Virus record (IMG/VR): IMGVR_UViG_3300011113_000664
Location: 106,057 to 170,056 of that record
Length of the DNA stretch: 64,000 nt
Strand: one strand, 5' to 3'
From: a virus
Every line of letters starts with the position of its first letter. The stretch's first letter is position 1. Positions 60,045 through 64,000 of the stretch are shown here, in pieces. Position numbers and translations under genes: made by a program. The notes beneath the pieces are model-generated. The model was not told the origin of the DNA and searched no databases. It worked only from the letters and a program-made list of their open reading frames with translations.

Positions 60045-61107
60045 TTTCTATTACTTGTTTAATTAAATTTTTTCTATTTTCAAAAATGTTTGAAAAAGCT
60101 TGAATTAGTGTTTTTTCATGATTTTCAACTGTATATTCAGATGAAATTTTTTCCATGTTTTGATAAACAACTTCAGGTACATTATCAACCATCCATTCTT
60201 TAACAACAACACCAAGCTGTTCAGCAAGGATTTCAAGTGAATTTGACCAAACTGCTGTGTTATCTACCTTTAAATAATCTTTTTCAAGTTCAGGAATCAT
60301 ACCAATAATTACAGCACCGCTTTTCATTGCTTCCAAAGGAAGTGTACCAAATCCTGCATCTTTATCAAGCCAAAGCAAAACAGGAATTTCACCCATTTTT
60401 TCAGCAAGTTGCTCTCTTGTAATAAAAGGTTCAGCACCTTGCATTCTTTCAAACAATACCCAAGAAAGTTCAGGATATTTCATAAAGAAAATTTTAGATA
60501 ATCTTTTAATATCAGACTCACTTCTTGAAAAATACATAATAATTGGCTTTTTAATTTTCTTTGGTTTAAAATAATCAGGAATACCAATTTTATATGTTTC
60601 AATATTGTAATTTACCCTTGAATTTCTTTGAATAAATTCTTTTAGTTGTTCAGAAGTTGTAAGAATGGTATTAAAACCCCATGCTGCCCAAGTATGATTC
60701 GGTGGAAGTGAATCAAGCATATATGTTTGTGATTGACAAAGAACAATTCTTTCGCATTGAATTTTAGCATCAAAAATCTGATGCATAACATTCACAAAGA
60801 ATTCAGGTACAATCAATACATCAGTTGGTGCTACATTAATGTTGTCTTTCTTCGGTGAAAGATGTGGAACATTTCTCAAATCTTCTGATAAATAAGAAGG
60901 AATTTTGAATTCAGCTTCTTTTTCATCCTCCCCTGTAATAAGGAAAGCATTGTAATTATTTTTTCTTAAAAAATAACAAATATTATATATCTCTTCTACA
61001 GCCATTGAATATACATTCTCAGGAATAGAAGGAACATATAAATAAATGTTGAAATTATTTGCTTCAACATTTGATAACAGTTCTTTTAATTTTTCTACTT
61101 TATCCAT
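60034..61107 (-). CDS. Glycosyltransferase (GT4-like; paralogue of 38690..39643)
   Basis: 'LIVPEFF', 'LCQS', 'AGFGTLPLEAMKSG'. Confidence 0.75.
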   Translation of the reverse strand: MDKVEKLKELLSNVEANNFNIYLYVPSIPENVYSMAVEEIYNICYFLRKNNYNAFLITGEDEKEAEFKIPSYLSEDLRNVPHLSPKKDNINVAPTDVLIVPEFFVNVMHQIFDAKIQCERIVLCQSQTYMLDSLPPNHTWAAWGFNTILTTSEQLKEFIQRNSRVNYNIETYKIGIPDYFKPKKIKKPIIMYFSRSESDIKRLSKIFFMKYPELSWVLFERMQGAEPFITREQLAEKMGEIPVLLWLDKDAGFGTLPLEAMKSGAVIIGMIPELEKDYLKVDNTAVWSNSLEILAEQLGVVVKEWMVDNVPEVVYQNMEKISSEYTVENHEKTLIQAFSNIFENRKNLIKQVIENEK

Positions 61108-61137
61108 TTTTTATTGATTTTTAATTAAAATACGACA

Positions 61138-61153
61138 AAATATTTTATATTTG
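61138..61153 (+). promoter_or_regulatory. Promoter-like element AAATATTTTATATTTG (copy 2)
   Basis: Lies 4 nt before ATG 61158 and is identical to 55424..55439. Confidence 0.55.
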
Positions 61154-61157
61154 GGTT

Positions 61158-61724
61158 ATGAAAACTTTTGCAATAGAGGTAAACGGAATTTTAAGAGATT
61201 TTATAAAAAAATTTGAACAATATTATAAGATTGAGTTTGCAAACAGGGATATACAATACCCTATTGACCCTTTTAATCCTTTGCTTTCATTTCACTTTGA
61301 AGATAATGAATTAGAGGATTTCTTATTTCAATACTCATATGAGTTATTTGCAAAATCAACTCTACCATCAAAGGAAATCATTGCTCAAATAAATCAGATA
61401 TATCCTGAATTGTCTGATAATCAGTATAAAGTGATAATTATATCAAGAGAAGGTGTTAAATTCAGAAATTTAACTGCATTCTATATATCAAACTTTTCAG
61501 CAGGGTTTTATTTTGATGAGATGAGATTTTTTAATAAGTTTGATGAATATGTAAATCAAAATTTTGATTATATCTTAACAGCTAATCCAAACTTATCAAA
61601 ACTATCTTTTGATAATACAAAAGTTATTCTTTTTGACCCTGAAAAGAAATACGAAAATAAAACCACAGTAAGCAATATTATTGAAATTTTCCCTATTCTT
61701 GAAAATGACAGAGAAGAAAATTAA
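61158..61724 (+). CDS. 5'(3')-deoxyribonucleotidase (NT5C)-like HAD-fold protein, degenerate
   Basis: N-terminal 'FAIEVNGILRDF' matches the HAD motif I position (normally DxDGV), followed by 'VIIISR'. Confidence 0.5.
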   Translation: MKTFAIEVNGILRDFIKKFEQYYKIEFANRDIQYPIDPFNPLLSFHFEDNELEDFLFQYSYELFAKSTLPSKEIIAQINQIYPELSDNQYKVIIISREGVKFRNLTAFYISNFSAGFYFDEMRFFNKFDEYVNQNFDYILTANPNLSKLSFDNTKVILFDPEKKYENKTTVSNIIEIFPILENDREEN

Positions 61725-62091
61725 AATTGGTGATTTACAGTTTTTAAAAAATTTACTTGATAAATTAAATATTGAAGTTGAAACACCATATGGATATAAT
61801 AAAATATTAGCATATGATGTTACATCTAAAAATTGTAGATATTGGACATTAGAAACCGAAACAGGAAAAAGGATTACAACATCCATAGACCACTTATTTA
61901 AAAATCATTTAGGTCAATTCGTTCCATTAAAAAATATAATGGAAGATACAATCAATAATAAAATTTTGAGTATTGATAGATTAGAATCTATTAGATTTAT
62001 AGAAACAGACCCAAGACAAGTAATAGATTTAGTAGACATTCAAGTTGAGGGTTCAGGTCAATACTATGCAAATAACATACTTGTTCATAAT
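61705..62091 (+). mobile_element. Split intein C-fragment (IntC, 129 aa, no endonuclease)
   Basis: 'VETPYGYNKI', block B 'ITTSIDHLF', block F 'LVDIQVEGSGQYYAN', block G 'ILVHN', then +1 Ser. Confidence 0.9.
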
Positions 62092-64000
62092 TCAAATATT
62101 TTAAATTCTATTACATATGGTCTTTATGGTACTACCTTTGATACTCTCAAAAAAGAGAAGAACAGAGATAATAAATTTATCAACAACAATAACAAAAAAG
62201 ATTATTCAGAAGTTCAGTTAATTATTGAAATTAATGGGGAAGATTATGTAGTAAGAAGAAGAACTGAAAGAAAATGGGATAAAACACATACAGAAATAAC
62301 CTCTTGTTCAACCAAAACTTACTTTAATAAGTTAGATTCAAATGGTGAAATAATTGATGAAAATAATCTTTCCGAACAAGATAAAGCAAAAACCCAAAAA
62401 CTTATTGAGCAATCAATTGGGGATTTTGATGAATTTATCACAAAATCCTTAATTAATGCTGATACTCTTAATGATATTCTTACAACCGACCATGCTAAAT
62501 TCTTAGACTCAATTCTTAGAGATACAGGTCTTGATATATTTGAAAAGAAACTTGAAGTATTTAAAGCATATAAGAAAAACGAATATAAAAAAGAAAGTCT
62601 TTTAAATATTTCTGTTGATAGATACAATCAATTAATTGAGGATGCAAAAAATTATATTGAAAACTATAAAACAGAAATAAAAGATAGAAAAGAAAAAATA
62701 AAAGTTTTAGATGAAAGAATTAAAAATGGTGAAACACATGTTGAAAATACAATTAAAACTTTAAAACCAATTGATTCTCAATTATCTAAACTTGATATTA
62801 ATCAAGTTAAAAATGATATAAATAAACTTATTAATGATAAGGATGAAAAGATTAGGTCACAAAAGGACCTTTTAAAACAAATTGAAGAACTCAATAAGTT
62901 TGTATTGGATGAGGATTTATATAATTCATTAAAAGAAAAATCAAGTTCATTTAATGGTTGGTTAATTTCTAAAAATGAACAAATAAAAGATTTAAATAAA
63001 GAAATCAACAATATTACAAATGATATTTCAGTAATAAACGGTTATATACATAAAGAAAATCTTGCAGTATCAAAAATAGATTCTCAAATTGATAACGATA
63101 GATTAGGACTAGAGAGGCAAATTGATTTAATCGAAAGAGATATTTCTTTATTAGAAGATAGCAAAGTTTGTCCAAGTTGCAATCGTTTAAAGGATGAAGA
63201 TGCGATTGCATCAATTAGAGTAAAGGTTGATAAATTAAAAGGAGATATTCAAAAAATTAAAGATGACATTAAAAAAGAAACCTTTAAGAAGAAATATGAA
63301 TTAGATATTAAATCAATTAATAAAAATATAAGTAAATATAAAGAAGATATTAAAGATAAAGAATTAATGATTGAAAGTAAAAAATCATTAATAAAAGCAT
63401 TTGATGATGATATTAAAAAAGAAAGTGTAACAATTACAAAGGTAAAAGAAAAGATTACAAAGATTGAATTAATCATTAAAGAGATTGAAAAAAGAAATAG
63501 ATTCAAACAGGAATATGATAATATTCCAATGTATATTGAAAATATTGAATTGAAAATCAATCAAAAGAATGATTTACTTTCAAAGTATGATATTAATATA
63601 GTTTACATCCAAGAAAATAATAAAATTCAATCAAAGATTGATACATATAAAGCAAAAGTTAATGAGTTTAAAAATGAAAAAGAAACATTAAAAACTCAAA
63701 CCAATGATTTTGAATATAAAATTGAATTTGCTAAGAATGAAATTCAAAATTATAAAGATACAATTACAAAGTATTTAGAGCAGCAAAGACAAGAATTAAT
63801 CAGAGAGGAATATCAAAATTGTATTCATAGAGAAGGTATTCCAAGTACTCTTCTAAAGAAACTAATCCCAAAAGTAAATATGTATCTTCAAGGATATACT
63901 GAAGATATTGACTTTAATGTTTTCTTTGATAATGAACTTTTCTTTCAAATGTCAAAGAAAGACACTCCTGAAATCATTCAGAATGTTATTTCAGGTTCAG
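61705..64000 (+). CDS. sbcC: Split-intein C-fragment fused to SbcC/Rad50 (gp46-like) ATPase lacking the first part of Walker A; 3' end runs off the window
   Basis: ATG 61705 opens MTEKKIKIGDL...; IntC ends at ...LVHN (62091), then 'SNILNSITYGLYG', long coiled coils, zinc hook CPSC (63169-63180) and signature-like 'ISGS' at the window end. Confidence 0.9.
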   Translation, partial: MTEKKIKIGDLQFLKNLLDKLNIEVETPYGYNKILAYDVTSKNCRYWTLETETGKRITTSIDHLFKNHLGQFVPLKNIMEDTINNKILSIDRLESIRFIETDPRQVIDLVDIQVEGSGQYYANNILVHNSNILNSITYGLYGTTFDTLKKEKNRDNKFINNNNKKDYSEVQLIIEINGEDYVVRRRTERKWDKTHTEITSCSTKTYFNKLDSNGEIIDENNLSEQDKAKTQKLIEQSIGDFDEFITKSLINADTLNDILTTDHAKFLDSILRDTGLDIFEKKLEVFKAYKKNEYKKESLLNISVDRYNQLIEDAKNYIENYKTEIKDRKEKIKVLDERIKNGETHVENTIKTLKPIDSQLSKLDINQVKNDINKLINDKDEKIRSQKDLLKQIEELNKFVLDEDLYNSLKEKSSSFNGWLISKNEQIKDLNKEINNITNDISVINGYIHKENLAVSKIDSQIDNDRLGLERQIDLIERDISLLEDSKVCPSCNRLKDEDAIASIRVKVDKLKGDIQKIKDDIKKETFKKKYELDIKSINKNISKYKEDIKDKELMIESKKSLIKAFDDDIKKESVTITKVKEKITKIELIIKEIEKRNRFKQEYDNIPMYIENIELKINQKNDLLSKYDINIVYIQENNKIQSKIDTYKAKVNEFKNEKETLKTQTNDFEYKIEFAKNEIQNYKDTITKYLEQQRQELIREEYQNCIHREGIPSTLLKKLIPKVNMYLQGYTEDIDFNVFFDNELFFQMSKKDTPEIIQNVISGS

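Noticed and set aside
61602-63560. Short minus-strand ORFs in the track (61602..61886, 62319..62627, 62802..63011, 63014..63214, 63249..63560)
   Set aside because: They are antisense shadows of the long plus-strand IntC-SbcC ORF (61705..>64000), which the track missed because it has no stop inside the window.
1-64000. Stop-codon reassignment, as in some gut jumbo and crAss-like phages
   Set aside because: Genes are full length and densely packed under the standard code; TAG (33091-33093) and TGA (35340-35342) end genes at sensible positions.
1-64000. tRNA, rRNA or CRISPR arrays
   Set aside because: Intergenic gaps are short and I saw no cloverleaf or regularly spaced repeats by eye; tRNAscan-SE and a CRISPR finder would be needed to exclude them formally.

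Overview
This is a very AT-rich, gene-dense segment of a large (jumbo-like) myovirus genome. It uses the standard genetic code. The host is probably in Bacteroidota: TAnnTTTG -7 promoter elements recur and Shine-Dalgarno sites are not evident. The window holds (i) contractile-tail and baseplate genes (gp6-, gp25-, gp26/gp51-, gp53/LysM-like, tape measure, a 1572-aa hub-lysozyme) and a tandem array of paralogous fibre-like genes; (ii) a T4-like replication/recombination block (SSB, RecA/UvsX, 5'-3' exonuclease, DnaB-like helicase, RuvC, 3'-5' exonuclease, gp55-like sigma); and (iii) a ~17 kb, 21-gene glycosylation and NDP-sugar cluster. The main finding is a fractured SbcD-SbcC (Mre11-Rad50) fusion gene joined by a naturally, atypically split intein. 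ORF 55444..56781 ends in half a Walker A (GENQVGK) plus a 29-aa N-intein (CVHPETK...). An ORF absent from the supplied track (61705..>64000) starts with a 129-aa C-intein (...YYANNILVHN) followed by S and the rest of SbcC. Trans-splicing would restore GENQVGKS. The halves are 4.9 kb and seven genes apart, and both transcription units start with an identical 16-nt promoter-like element. Other candidates are a programmed +1/-2 frameshift in the gp26/gp51-like pair, a CTATTTA(TA) late-promoter motif, and a split collar/fibre domain architecture. All functional calls come from motif recognition by eye; no database searches were run.
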